DNA of 32,507 nt. It comes from Candidatus Woesearchaeota archaeon (GTDB lineage Archaea; Nanobdellota; Nanobdellia; SCGC-AAA011-G17; GW2011-AR18). The first letter of the stretch is position 1. The number at the start of each line of letters is the position of its first letter. The stretch is from assembly GCA_964395935.1 (NCBI GenBank), contig CAYNBR010000006.1, positions 1 to 32,507 on the forward strand, written 5' to 3'. The translations under genes were made by a program, and so were the position numbers. The notes under the pieces were generated by a model. That model made no database searches, had not been told where the DNA came from, and worked only from the letters and a program-made list of their open reading frames with translations. Shown in pieces: positions 1 to 11,760 of the stretch.

Positions 1-372
1 CTTTTCAAAACATTCAAGTAGATAATCCAATAAAGAATACATATATTTAGTTCCAGTCTTAACTTCAATAACGAATGTTCTTTTATCAGTCTGTTTAATT
101 GTGTGATTAACAGATCGAAATCTTCTATTTCTTATTTCTTCATAATAGTCAATAATTTTCTTCGAATTTTCAATATCTTTAGGAAATTCAATTCTTAAAT
201 TGGCTATCGCGGGGTTATTTGTGTTAATTTGAACTCTTCTAAGGACTATACTTTCTTTCTCATTTTGTTGAAGTTTTAGTATGTATTCAGGCCATTTGAT
301 ACTGCCATCTTCATAAAATTGAATATTTGTCTTTGTTTTGGAAGTACTTATTTCAGCTTCTTGATCTGACAT
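1..372 (-). CDS. Hypothetical protein, runs off the window edge (at least 124 aa)
   Basis: Manually translated, not in the ORF track. ATG at 372 opens a frame with no stop down to base 1: MSDQEAEISTSKTKTNIQFYEDGSIKWPEYIL...YLLECFEK. Confidence 0.75.
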   Translation of the reverse strand, partial: MSDQEAEISTSKTKTNIQFYEDGSIKWPEYILKLQQNEKESIVLRRVQINTNNPAIANLRIEFPKDIENSKKIIDYYEEIRNRRFRSVNHTIKQTDKRTFVIEVKTGTKYMYSLLDYLLECFEK

Positions 373-431
373 ATTTCTCAAGATATTTAGATACCTATTT
401 AACATTTTTTATTCTCCAGCCTGACGTTTAC

Positions 432-1076
432 TTAACAGCTCACCCATTCTTTATTCTTAAATACTTGGTAAATGTCTGAGATAAGCAGTTGTGCACGTTT
501 GTAAAAGAATACTTGTTTTTTATTATAAACTGAAGTATCCTCAAATGATTTAAAATCAGAAACTAAAATATCCAATAATTTTATCGCATCTTTATTTGCT
601 TTTCTTATGACATTACTAAACTTCCCGTCAAATTTATTAATAACAATTAGACTGACATCTCTAAGAATATTTACTCTTTCTGTAAGCAATGGAATTTTAA
701 TATCACTCTCAGTTATTTTTTCAAAATCCACATTACTAATATTTGATAACCAATCCATATTCAATATTGGTATTCCATTATCTAAGGCTCTCCCTAAGGC
801 TACAAGCATACTAAAAGCACCGCCCAATTTTTGCCCATTCATTTCTATACTCCATTTGGGTTCTCCCCAATAGGAAAAACTGATTGAATTGAAAACAAAT
901 AAGAAATTTAGTTTATTTTCATCATTTAAAGTGGAAAAATCAAAAGGAGAGACATACAGCCAATGTTTAATATGCCCATACTTAAAAGTTCTGCAAAAAT
1001 TATTAAGTTTATCTAAATTTATTTTTACATATTTAGAGTTTTCAATAACAGGTTCTATTGATTTTAAAATTTCCAT
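432..1076 (-). pseudogene. Queuosine salvage protein (DUF2419/Qng1-like), apparently C-terminally truncated
   Basis: Family-like motifs FVFNSISFSYW, IPLLTERV, FEDTSVY and FFYKRAQLLISDIY. The ORF stops at 214 aa, just before the expected LTxFADY...EIRA region, and I found no continuation downstream. Confidence 0.65.
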
Positions 1077-1158
1077 AAATATAAAGAAAAAGTAATCTAT
1101 AAAAACTTACCGCCCAAACATCAGAGCTAAGTATAAATTCGCATTAAAAAATTTAAAG

Positions 1159-1308
1159 CTATCTTCCAATAGTTCTAATCAACATTACAAAAACAACAAA
1201 TAATAAAGCAAACAATCCAATTGCAAATACTAATTTATCAAATACAGCACCATAAAATATTAATACAAAAAATAATATAATTATTAAATAAGTAAAAAAT
1301 TTATTCAT
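1159..1308 (-). CDS. Small membrane protein, 49 aa, two hydrophobic segments
   Basis: Manual translation MNKFFTYLIIILFFVLIFYGAVFDKLVFAIGLFALLFVVFVMLIRTIGR*. ATG lies 3 nt after the cdc48 stop. Confidence 0.6.
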   Translation of the reverse strand: MNKFFTYLIIILFFVLIFYGAVFDKLVFAIGLFALLFVVFVMLIRTIGR

Positions 1309-1311
1309 TGC

Positions 1312-3600
<2,289 letters not shown>

Positions 3601-3602
3601 AA

Positions 3603-3977
3603 TTATTCTTTATTATCTCCTTTGTTATTATAATACTTTTCGCTGGCAAAAAATATACTTATTTTCCCAGGACCTTCTAAATTTAATCTAACTAATTCAT
3701 CAAATTCTCTTTCAAAATCCTTATGAAAATCAATTAATTCTTTAGGTATTGAAACACAAAAACTATTTCCAACCATTCTCAACTTAACATTAAAACTTCT
3801 TTCTCTTAATTTTAAATAATCATCATAATCTTTTAAGTCTCCTGGATGAAAAGTTAAATCATTACACTCTGGGCATTTAAGAACTCTCATTTGAAATCCA
3901 TCTTTAATTACATAATTCTTTCTAGTTTTTACATTACATTTATTACAAAAAATTGTTTGATCAAATATGTCTTTCAT
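3603..3977 (-). CDS. Zinc-ribbon plus AbrB/MazE/SpoVT-like DNA-binding protein
   Basis: CNKC...CPEC followed by VKLRMVGNSFCVSIPKELI, an AbrB-type swapped-hairpin signature. Ends 2 nt before cdc48. Confidence 0.75.
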   Translation of the reverse strand: MKDIFDQTIFCNKCNVKTRKNYVIKDGFQMRVLKCPECNDLTFHPGDLKDYDDYLKLRERSFNVKLRMVGNSFCVSIPKELIDFHKDFEREFDELVRLNLEGPGKISIFFASEKYYNNKGDNKE

Positions 3978-4015
3978 TGTATATACTTACAATATACACA
4001 CAAAAGATATATAAA
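3976..4015 (-). promoter_or_regulatory. TATA box and overlapping inverted repeats upstream of the AbrB-like gene/cdc48 unit
   Basis: Minus-strand TTTATATA at about 4008-4015. TGTATAT-N7-ATATACA (3978-3998) and ATTGTA-N6-TACAAT (3976-3993) lie between it and the ATG. Confidence 0.4.
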
Positions 4016-4065
4016 TATTTCGCTGTAAAGAAAGTTTTATATACAAGTTTTCCTAGAATCAAAAA

Positions 4066-4479
4066 ATGGTAAATTACTTAGCAATTCTAGTTTCTGGGAT
4101 AGCAGCAATGGTTGTAGGTTTCTTATGGTATGGTCCATTATTTGGTAAAGCCTGGATAATCCTATCTAGAATGGATCCAAAGAAAATAGAAGAAGCTAAA
4201 AAGAAAGGAATACAAGGCATGTGGAAATCTTATTTAACAATGTTCTTAGCAACTTTGGTAACAGCCTACGTAACTTCATATTTTGTAAACACAATGAATT
4301 TAACAACAGTATCTCAAGCGTTACAATTAACTTTATGGCTATGGTTGGGATTTTTCGCAACAACAATGATTGGAACAGTATTGTGGGAAAATAAACCAAT
4401 TAAATTATACTTCCTAAATATTTTCCATTATTTAGTCTCTTTAGGCCTAATGTCTGTAATTCTTACATTGTGGCATTAA
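4066..4479 (+). CDS. DUF1761-family membrane protein
   Basis: NYLAILVS...GFLWYGPLFGKAW motif and four hydrophobic helices. Confidence 0.88.
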   Translation: MVNYLAILVSGIAAMVVGFLWYGPLFGKAWIILSRMDPKKIEEAKKKGIQGMWKSYLTMFLATLVTAYVTSYFVNTMNLTTVSQALQLTLWLWLGFFATTMIGTVLWENKPIKLYFLNIFHYLVSLGLMSVILTLWH

Positions 4480-4535
4480 CTTATTTCTATTTTAATTAAG
4501 AAAAGCATTAAAACTTCAAATAATACTAGATTTAT

Positions 4536-5162
4536 ATGATAAAAACAGGCTCTGAGGATCTAAATAAATTCTTAGAAGGCTATAAAGAAAATGGAATAAC
4601 TGCAATTTATGGTGAAGCAGGGAGTGGAAAAACAACTTTATGTTTATTAGCTTCTTTAGAACAAGCATTAAATAATAAAAAAGTAATATTCTTAGATGCA
4701 GAAATTAATTTTTCAACGGAAAGATTAAACCAATTATTAGAAAATAAAAATAAAGATTGTATAAAAAATATTCTAGTTCTAAAAATAAAGAATTTCAATT
4801 TGCAGCATACCAAAATAAAAAACTTAGAAAATGTAAAAAACGTTTCACTAATAGTCATAGATTCATTAACACATTATTTTAGAAGATTATACAGAAGAGA
4901 ACCAGAAGTAGCAAAAGGGATGTTAGCCAAACAATTAAGTATCTTAAATAAAATTGCAAAATCAAATATCCCAATTTTAATTACAAGTCAAGTATATTCT
5001 AGTATGGAAAATGAAATAATACCTTTAGGATATGATTCAATAAAAAAATTCTCATCTACAATAATTAAATTAGAAAAAAATCCTAGAAAAATAAAAATAG
5101 AATCTCCAAATAAGAAAGAAACAAATTTTAAAATTATTAGTGACGGGATAAAAGTTCTCTAG
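4536..5162 (+). CDS. radB: DNA repair/recombination protein RadB
   Basis: Short RecA-fold protein: IYGEAGSGKT, IFLDAE, LIVIDS, ILITSQVY. No N-terminal HhH domain. Confidence 0.85.
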   Translation: MIKTGSEDLNKFLEGYKENGITAIYGEAGSGKTTLCLLASLEQALNNKKVIFLDAEINFSTERLNQLLENKNKDCIKNILVLKIKNFNLQHTKIKNLENVKNVSLIVIDSLTHYFRRLYRREPEVAKGMLAKQLSILNKIAKSNIPILITSQVYSSMENEIIPLGYDSIKKFSSTIIKLEKNPRKIKIESPNKKETNFKIISDGIKVL

Positions 5163-5454
5163 TTAATTTATCATCAATTTCATATCTTCCACTTATTTCT
5201 GTTTCGTCAACATTTTCAATTGTAAGCCTAATTCTTTCTACTAAATAAGCAGGTTTAATTCTAGGGAATCTAACACGAATACTTTCATCCGTGCCGGCAT
5301 TTTCAATATCAAGAATTATACCAGTCTTATATAAATTCAAATATCTCAATGTCATTTGAAAAGCTTGTAATCCAGTAACATGAACATATTCTCCAATAGG
5401 CAATAAAAATCTCCCGTCTTTAAAATATCCTTCAACTTTAGTTTCTACGCCCAT
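5137..5454 (-). CDS. Hypothetical protein
   Basis: 105-aa ORF filling the gap between topA and radB. No motif recognised. Confidence 0.6.
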   Translation of the reverse strand: MGVETKVEGYFKDGRFLLPIGEYVHVTGLQAFQMTLRYLNLYKTGIILDIENAGTDESIRVRFPRIKPAYLVERIRLTIENVDETEISGRYEIDDKLTRELLSRH

Positions 5455-5506
5455 AATATAAATAACTTAGAAAGAGATTAAAGGTTAACTAATATATTGT
5501 ATAAGT

Positions 5507-7714
5507 TTATTCTTTTTTCTCAGCCTTAATATTTTCAATATACTTACACTTAGGATATCCTGGACAAGCCATAAAACTACCATAAACGCCAGATTTAACA
5601 ACTAATTGACTTTGACATTTGGGACATTTTTTACCTTCAACTAATTTCTTCATTTTATCTTCTTCTTCTTTTTTAGTTTCACAATTTAAGTTTATACAAA
5701 GTTCTTGTGGTTTTCTTTTAGCCCTAAACAATATAATAGTAGGATATCCACAAACTTCACAATTTTTCTCAGTACTTTTTATTTTTCCATTCTTAGGTAA
5801 TGGAAATGTAGTACTACATCCTTGTTCATATCTATCACAAGCAGCAAACATTCCATATTTACCTCTTCTCATTTGTATATTTCCTTCTTTACATTTAGGA
5901 CATTTCCCAATAAAATTCTCTTTATTCCTAGTTTCTATGCTAGCTTCTCCCAATTCTTTCCCAATTTCTTTCTCATGTTTCTTAAAATTAATCAAAGCCT
6001 TAGTTAAAAACTCCTTAGCCTCTTCAATTATATCTTCACCTTTTTTCTTATTCTCTTGAATAGCATCCATCTCTTCTTCAAATTTTTTAGTTAATCCTTC
6101 ATCTAAAATTTCAGGACAATATTTCTCTAAAGTTTCAACAGTTCTCATTCCTAAATTTGTAATCTTAATTGGTTTATCACCAATATAATTTCTATCATAA
6201 AGATTTTGTACAATAGTGGATCTAGTAGCTTTAGTTCCAATATTTAGTCTCTCCATTTCTTTGATTATAGAGGCTTCGTTATATCTAGAAGGAGGTTTGG
6301 TCTCTTTATCGTACATTTTAATTTCAATAACTTTAATCTCATCATTCACATTTAATTTAGGCAATTCCTCTTCTTCTAATTTAACAAATCTTCCGTAAAG
6401 TTCATACCAACCTTTTTCTTTAGTTCTAGTACCTTTAGCAATAAATATTTCTTTATTTACATCGATATCAATATTCATTGTTTCTCTAGTAGCTTCATCT
6501 CCAAAAGTAGCAAAGAACCTTCTAACAATTAATTCATACAGCCCAGCTTGTTTATCCTCTAATTTTCCAGGTATCTCACCGGTAGGATATATTGCCGGAT
6601 GTGCTGCATCTTCTTTCTTTCCATTATTTGGAACTAATTTACTTTTACTCAATAAAAAACTAGTTTCTTTAGAAAATACTTTACTTAATTTTTGCAATAT
6701 TTTTTTATATCCAATACTCTCAGGTAACTTTTGACTTGAAGTTCTGGGATAAGAAATTAATCCATTAGAATACAAATCTTGTGCAATATCCAAAGTTCTT
6801 TGCGGACTTATTCCTAAAGCACCATAAGCTTCTATTTGTAAAGAAGTTAAATCAAATGGAACTGGAGCTTTCTGTTTAAACTCTTTTACAGAGATATTAC
6901 TAACAATCGCTTTTTTCCCTTTACAATTCTTAAAAACATTATCCGCTTTAGTTTTATCCCAAAATTTATCTTCTTTATGCCAGGCATTAATCTTCTCGTT
7001 ACTTTTAGTTTCTCCATCTAATTCTAATTCCCAATAAGGAACTGCAATAAATTTAGAAATTTCTTTTTCTCTTTCATATAAAACTTTTAAAGTTGGACCT
7101 TGAACTCTTCCAGTACTTAATAACTTAAACATACCAATAGAACTTTTAATACTCAATGTCAAAGCCCTAGATAAATTTAATCCCCATAGCCAATCTAACG
7201 AGTGTCTCGTAACGCCAGATTCAATTTGTGGAAAATCTAAATGGGGCATTGCATTTTCATAACTTTGAATTAATTCATCTTTAGTCAAAGTACTAAACTT
7301 CATCCTCTTTCCATCTTTTTGTTCACAAATAAATTTAATAACATTCCAGCCAATAGTACTTCCTTCAATATCAAAATCTGTAGCTACAGTAAATTCATCC
7401 GCATCTTTAGCTAATTTTTTAAGAACATCAACATAAGCTTTAGAAAATGCAGCCGATTTACTAACTAAATAAGATGGCTTCCATTCATAATCAAATATAG
7501 GATAAGTCCAAGATTTTTTCTTATTTTTTTCAGCTAAATTAAATAAATGACCAACTGCACAGCCTACAATTATACTTTTACCATTATGTTCAATTTCATA
7601 ATAACTAACTTTTCCAATAGATTTCTTCTTAGGTTTCTTATCTGCTAAAGCTTCTGCTACTTTTAATGCTGCATTTGGTTTTTCTGTGATTATTAGTTCG
7701 TATTTTCCAGTCAT
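5507..7714 (-). CDS. topA: Type IA DNA topoisomerase with C-terminal zinc ribbons
   Basis: TOPRIM motifs LIITEKP and ATDFDIEG, STGRVQGP, catalytic ISYPRT, IGTKATR, and C4 zinc ribbons. Confidence 0.97.
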   Translation of the reverse strand: MTGKYELIITEKPNAALKVAEALADKKPKKKSIGKVSYYEIEHNGKSIIVGCAVGHLFNLAEKNKKKSWTYPIFDYEWKPSYLVSKSAAFSKAYVDVLKKLAKDADEFTVATDFDIEGSTIGWNVIKFICEQKDGKRMKFSTLTKDELIQSYENAMPHLDFPQIESGVTRHSLDWLWGLNLSRALTLSIKSSIGMFKLLSTGRVQGPTLKVLYEREKEISKFIAVPYWELELDGETKSNEKINAWHKEDKFWDKTKADNVFKNCKGKKAIVSNISVKEFKQKAPVPFDLTSLQIEAYGALGISPQRTLDIAQDLYSNGLISYPRTSSQKLPESIGYKKILQKLSKVFSKETSFLLSKSKLVPNNGKKEDAAHPAIYPTGEIPGKLEDKQAGLYELIVRRFFATFGDEATRETMNIDIDVNKEIFIAKGTRTKEKGWYELYGRFVKLEEEELPKLNVNDEIKVIEIKMYDKETKPPSRYNEASIIKEMERLNIGTKATRSTIVQNLYDRNYIGDKPIKITNLGMRTVETLEKYCPEILDEGLTKKFEEEMDAIQENKKKGEDIIEEAKEFLTKALINFKKHEKEIGKELGEASIETRNKENFIGKCPKCKEGNIQMRRGKYGMFAACDRYEQGCSTTFPLPKNGKIKSTEKNCEVCGYPTIILFRAKRKPQELCINLNCETKKEEEDKMKKLVEGKKCPKCQSQLVVKSGVYGSFMACPGYPKCKYIENIKAEKKE

Positions 7715-7773
7715 ATGTTTCTAGACTATAAAGAAAACCTATATAAAATTATGTAAAAATAAATTTCCAGATT

Positions 7774-8121
7774 TTATAAAAATTCAATCTCAATTTCCAA
7801 AGGTATTTTATCCTCAGTCTCTTCAGAAATTGCAGGAATTAATCCTAATTTCTTCAAATCATTTCTATATTTAACAACAATTTTTCTAGAAGTTAATAAT
7901 CTATATTTCCTTTCATCAATTAGCATATCAATTTTATTTATCCTTAACCCAGTGCAGATTTTCTCCCTAAATATCTTTAATTTCTTAATCTCTTCACTTT
8001 TATTTTTCTTACTTAACTCCTCTAAATAATTAAAAGAAGGTTTTTCTAAATAAATAATACCATGAATTACAGTATTATCTTCAGTTTGAATGTCAAATTT
8101 CTTTAATTTATATTCTTTCAT
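7774..8121 (-). CDS. Hypothetical protein
   Basis: 115-aa ORF overlapping the end of the upstream gene. Last gene of a four-gene overlapping cluster. Confidence 0.65.
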   Translation of the reverse strand: MKEYKLKKFDIQTEDNTVIHGIIYLEKPSFNYLEELSKKNKSEEIKKLKIFREKICTGLRINKIDMLIDERKYRLLTSRKIVVKYRNDLKKLGLIPAISEETEDKIPLEIEIEFL

Positions 8122-8656
8122 ATTCTAACTCTATAAAATATCTACTTTTGTTCTTAGCTAGATTATTAATATACTTTATGCATCTTTTCATATCGTCAAA
8201 AGTTACTACAATACTTATAGAATTCCTTATAGGGTAATAAAATAAATTATCATCGCCAATAAAAAATATATCAAAACCGCCAAATTCTTCTTTCCAGTCA
8301 TTTGTTAATTCGATTATAATTTTAATACCGGATTCTTCAGTAACTAAATCATTTATCATTAAATAATCTTTATGCTTTAAAGAAAAAGCTTTAGCAGATT
8401 TCAATTTTAAATCAGAGAAGGAAGATAAAAATTTATTCATAGTCTCAAAGAATTTATCATCTTCAAAAAAAGAGTAAGAGTAAGAGCATAATTCAGGATT
8501 ATATACCCTCTTAAAATCTAATTTTCTTACCTTAGTTGCTAATGATTTATAATATTTCTCATCAAAAAAATCATGTAATTGTGTTATTTTATCTTTTTCT
8601 AAAACAGTGCCAATTTGTTCTTTAACATTATTATCTAAGTAGTATTTATTTATCAT
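8108..8656 (-). CDS. Degenerate 2OG-Fe(II) oxygenase-fold protein resembling the Ofd1/Tpa1/OGFOD1 C-terminal domain
   Basis: INKYYLD...QLHDFF, WKEEFGGF and PIRNSISIV...IKYINN segments. The HxD motif is replaced (DYLMIND) and the distal His is absent. Confidence 0.75.
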   Translation of the reverse strand: MINKYYLDNNVKEQIGTVLEKDKITQLHDFFDEKYYKSLATKVRKLDFKRVYNPELCSYSYSFFEDDKFFETMNKFLSSFSDLKLKSAKAFSLKHKDYLMINDLVTEESGIKIIIELTNDWKEEFGGFDIFFIGDDNLFYYPIRNSISIVVTFDDMKRCIKYINNLAKNKSRYFIELEYERI

Positions 8657-9248
8657 TAAACCACCCAGCTATGGACAACCTTTTCTTATTATTAATAACT
8701 TCTGAAACCTGGTGATAAGTTTTACCAACTTCAACCCCAAATATAGTCAATGTATTAAATTTAGGGATTATAGATTTAACAATTTTATCTTTTTCAAAAA
8801 AATCCAATGAACCGCCATCTTTCTCAGTAAAGTTACTACTTAAATTTAACACATAAGCAATTTTCCTAGTTTCTAACCTATCATCATGCGGCAATAAATA
8901 ATCCCCATTAGAATAAATAAAACCAGAACAATCAATTTTATCGAAAGCCTTAATTCTAGTAATCCTAAACAAATATTCCTTAAACTCTTTTGAATTTAAA
9001 AAATTATAAAGTCTTTCAATTATCTTATTCTTACTATGTATCAAATCATTAGTTTGTGAAAAGCAAAATAAATCAGACTCTTGTTTAACAAATTCTTCTT
9101 TTAATAGTTCTTTAGTAAACCTCTCAATTATATCTTTATTAAAAAAGTCTTTAAAAACCAAATGTGAAAATGGTCTATTATTTTCAAATTCTTTATTTAA
9201 TTTATCTAAATTATCTAAGTATTTTTTATTAATAAAAAGATTAAACAT
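8646..9248 (-). CDS. 2OG-Fe(II) oxygenase, prolyl-hydroxylase type, resembling the OGFOD1/Tpa1 catalytic domain
   Basis: Intact HxD...H triad and 2OG-binding Arg: YLLPHDDRLETRKIAYVLNL, DGGSLDFF, TYHQVSEV, RLSIAGWF. Confidence 0.9.
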   Translation of the reverse strand: MFNLFINKKYLDNLDKLNKEFENNRPFSHLVFKDFFNKDIIERFTKELLKEEFVKQESDLFCFSQTNDLIHSKNKIIERLYNFLNSKEFKEYLFRITRIKAFDKIDCSGFIYSNGDYLLPHDDRLETRKIAYVLNLSSNFTEKDGGSLDFFEKDKIVKSIIPKFNTLTIFGVEVGKTYHQVSEVINNKKRLSIAGWFNDK

Positions 9249-9856
9249 TATAACTCAATAATTTTTCCATTTCTTCCAACATTAATAACTTTAGTATTCC
9301 CAATAAAGTCTTCTACGCCTGCAGCTTCGTGGACATGCCCGCATAATAAGAAATCTGGTTGATATTTTTCTATAAAACTTCTCAAACCTTTAGACCCAAA
9401 ACCCGGAGCTATTTTCTCTACGATAGTTCCTCCAGGATGAACATGTGAAACTGCTATCTTTTTCTGAATACTCTTGACAGCATTAAATCCATTTCTCATC
9501 GTATTAAATATCTCATCTTCTGAAAGTGCATCTAATCCTACATTAGCCAATCCACAACCAAATAATCCAACATCATAATACTTAGCATAATTGGCATGTA
9601 AATTTTTCACATTATAGAAATCCGCTAAAAAATCTCCTAAAACTAAACCGTCATGATTTCCAGGCACTAATAAAACTCTTTTCCCACGATCAACAAATGG
9701 TTTAATTATTCCAGGAGTCTGAAAAGGGCTAGTTAAATCCCCGCATAAAACAACTAAATCTACATTCTCTTTCACAGCTCTATCTGCTAGTCTTTCAATC
9801 TGCGTAGAATCACCGTGTAAGTCACTAGCAGCTAAGATTTTTAATTTTCTCTCCAT
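9248..9856 (-). CDS. Calcineurin-like metallophosphoesterase (Icc-related)
   Basis: SDLHG, CGDL, PGNHD, SHVHP and CGHVHE motifs. TAATG stop/start overlap with the oxygenase gene. Confidence 0.9.
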   Translation of the reverse strand: MERKLKILAASDLHGDSTQIERLADRAVKENVDLVVLCGDLTSPFQTPGIIKPFVDRGKRVLLVPGNHDGLVLGDFLADFYNVKNLHANYAKYYDVGLFGCGLANVGLDALSEDEIFNTMRNGFNAVKSIQKKIAVSHVHPGGTIVEKIAPGFGSKGLRSFIEKYQPDFLLCGHVHEAAGVEDFIGNTKVINVGRNGKIIEL

Positions 9857-9900
9857 AATAAAAGTCAGACAATTAGATTTATAAAACTAACCTTAATAGG

Positions 9901-10221
9901 TCATTTAAACTGTTTATTCTGTCTTCCCTGTTTTCTTTTCTTTCCAGTTTCAAATGCTAAAGCACATTCAGAACTGCAGAATCTATAAACTTTACCATCC
10001 AATTCTTCTTCAATAATATCGTCATCAACTAAAACAACTTTGCATTCAGCACATTTAGCTTGATGTTCTCCATGTTCATAACCTTCCATAAAACCTTCTT
10101 CAACTTCTGTAATTTCATCAGCTTCTTCTAATTTTTCAAGACCTTCTTTATCATAAACATCTCCTTCATGTTCTCCTTCTTCAAAATCAGGATCCTGCTC
10201 TAAAGGTTTTTTACTTACCAT
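9901..10221 (-). CDS. Acidic protein with a C-terminal TRASH/YHS-like metal-binding domain
   Basis: Asp/Glu-rich N-terminus, then CAEC...GKVYRFCSSEC, then a basic tail. Confidence 0.75.
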   Translation of the reverse strand: MVSKKPLEQDPDFEEGEHEGDVYDKEGLEKLEEADEITEVEEGFMEGYEHGEHQAKCAECKVVLVDDDIIEEELDGKVYRFCSSECALAFETGKKRKQGRQNKQFK

Positions 10222-10255
10222 ATCATTTAAGTAGTTTTATCTTATATAAAGATTA

Positions 10256-11566
10256 TTATTTTCTTTTTCTCCCATTTTCATGCTTCTTATTAATTTTTCC
10301 AATTACTTTCTTTCCATTCATATACTTAACTAAAGCCCTAGGAACTTTAACACTTCCATCTTTTAATTGATAATTCTCGAGTATAGCAACTAAGGCCCTT
10401 GAAGTAGCAACTAAAGTTGAATTTAAAGTATGTATGTACTCATTACCTTCTTTACCATTATACTTTATTCCCAATCTAACTGCCTGATAACTAGTACAAT
10501 TACTACAACTTACAACTTCCCTATAAGCCTCTTGAACCGGACACCAAACTTCTAAATCATATTTTCTAGCAGCAACAATACCAATATCTCCAGTGCAAAC
10601 ATCTACTTGTCTAAAATGTAATCCAAGCTTACTAAAAAATTCAATTGCATTTTTAATTAATTCTTCATGTAATTTCCAAGATTGTTCGGGCTTACAAAAT
10701 ATTAATTGTTCAACTTTGTTAAACTGATGAACTCTAAATATTCCTTTCATATCTTTACCATGTGCACCTGCTTCTTTTCTAAAATTAGTACTATATCCAA
10801 ATATTTTCATAGGCAATTTATTTGAATCTAAAACTTCATTCATGTACATTGCAGTTATAGGATGCTCAGAAGTTGCAATCATTTACAAATCTTCATTCTC
10901 AATTTTATATAACATTTCTCCAAATGCTTCTAAATCTGTTACACCCTCATAAGCTTTCTTAGTCATCATATGTGGCGGAACAATAAAAGTATATTTCTTC
11001 TTAACCATAAAATCTATAGCATATCTAACCAAGGCTTGTTCTAATAATGCTAACTCTCCTTTCAAAAAATACCATCTTGCTCCAGAGATTTTAGCTGCCC
11101 TTGCCAAATCAACCCAGTCATTTTTCTCAACTAAATCCACATGGCTTAATAATGGAAATTTAAATTTAGGTTTCTTGCCAAATGATTTAACAACTTTATT
11201 TTCTGAGTCGTCCTTTCCAAAAGGAACTTTACTATACAAAATGTTAGGTATAGCCATTAAAATATTATTAATTTTATTTCTCAATTCATCAGCTCTTACC
11301 TCAACATTTTTAATTTCCTCTGGGAGTAATTTAGCCTTTTTTACTAAGTTAGAGATATCTTTTTTCTCTTTGCTTAGTTTAGTAATCTGTAAAGTTAATT
11401 CATTCCTCTCCCTTCTTAAATCATCTGCCTTACCCTTGAGAATTCTCCATTCTTTATCATAACTTAACAATTCATCAACAACATTAGAATTGTATTTATC
11501 TCCTCTTTTCTCTAAATTGCCTTTAACAATTTCAGGATTTTCTCTTATAAAATTAATATCTAACAT
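10256..11566 (-). CDS. serS: Seryl-tRNA synthetase, interrupted by one in-frame TAA (10883-10885)
   Basis: The two track ORFs share a frame: MLDINFIRENPE coiled-coil arm...YKIENEDL*MIATSEHP, motif 2 FRKEAG...RVHQFNKVE, motif 3 TLNSTLVATSR. Joined length is 436 codons. Confidence 0.92.
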
Positions 11567-11760
11567 AACCTTTCAAATTATCATAACTTTTTAAACTTTT
11601 GGAAATAATTTTATTAAAATAGATACAGTATTAATTTCTAAGTAGTGATACTTATATGTACTTTAAAATATATTTTAGAACAAAAAGCTTTAAATATTAG
11701 CTTTCCATATTTAACTACAAGAGAGAAAAAGGATGTGTATATTTTTAGGGGGAAACTAAA

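Noticed and set aside
11639..11677. Palindromes TAAGTA-N4-TACTTA and TAAAATATATTTTA in the serS/wHTH divergent region
   Set aside because: Short and AT-rich, so expected by chance at this composition. I cannot support them as operators.
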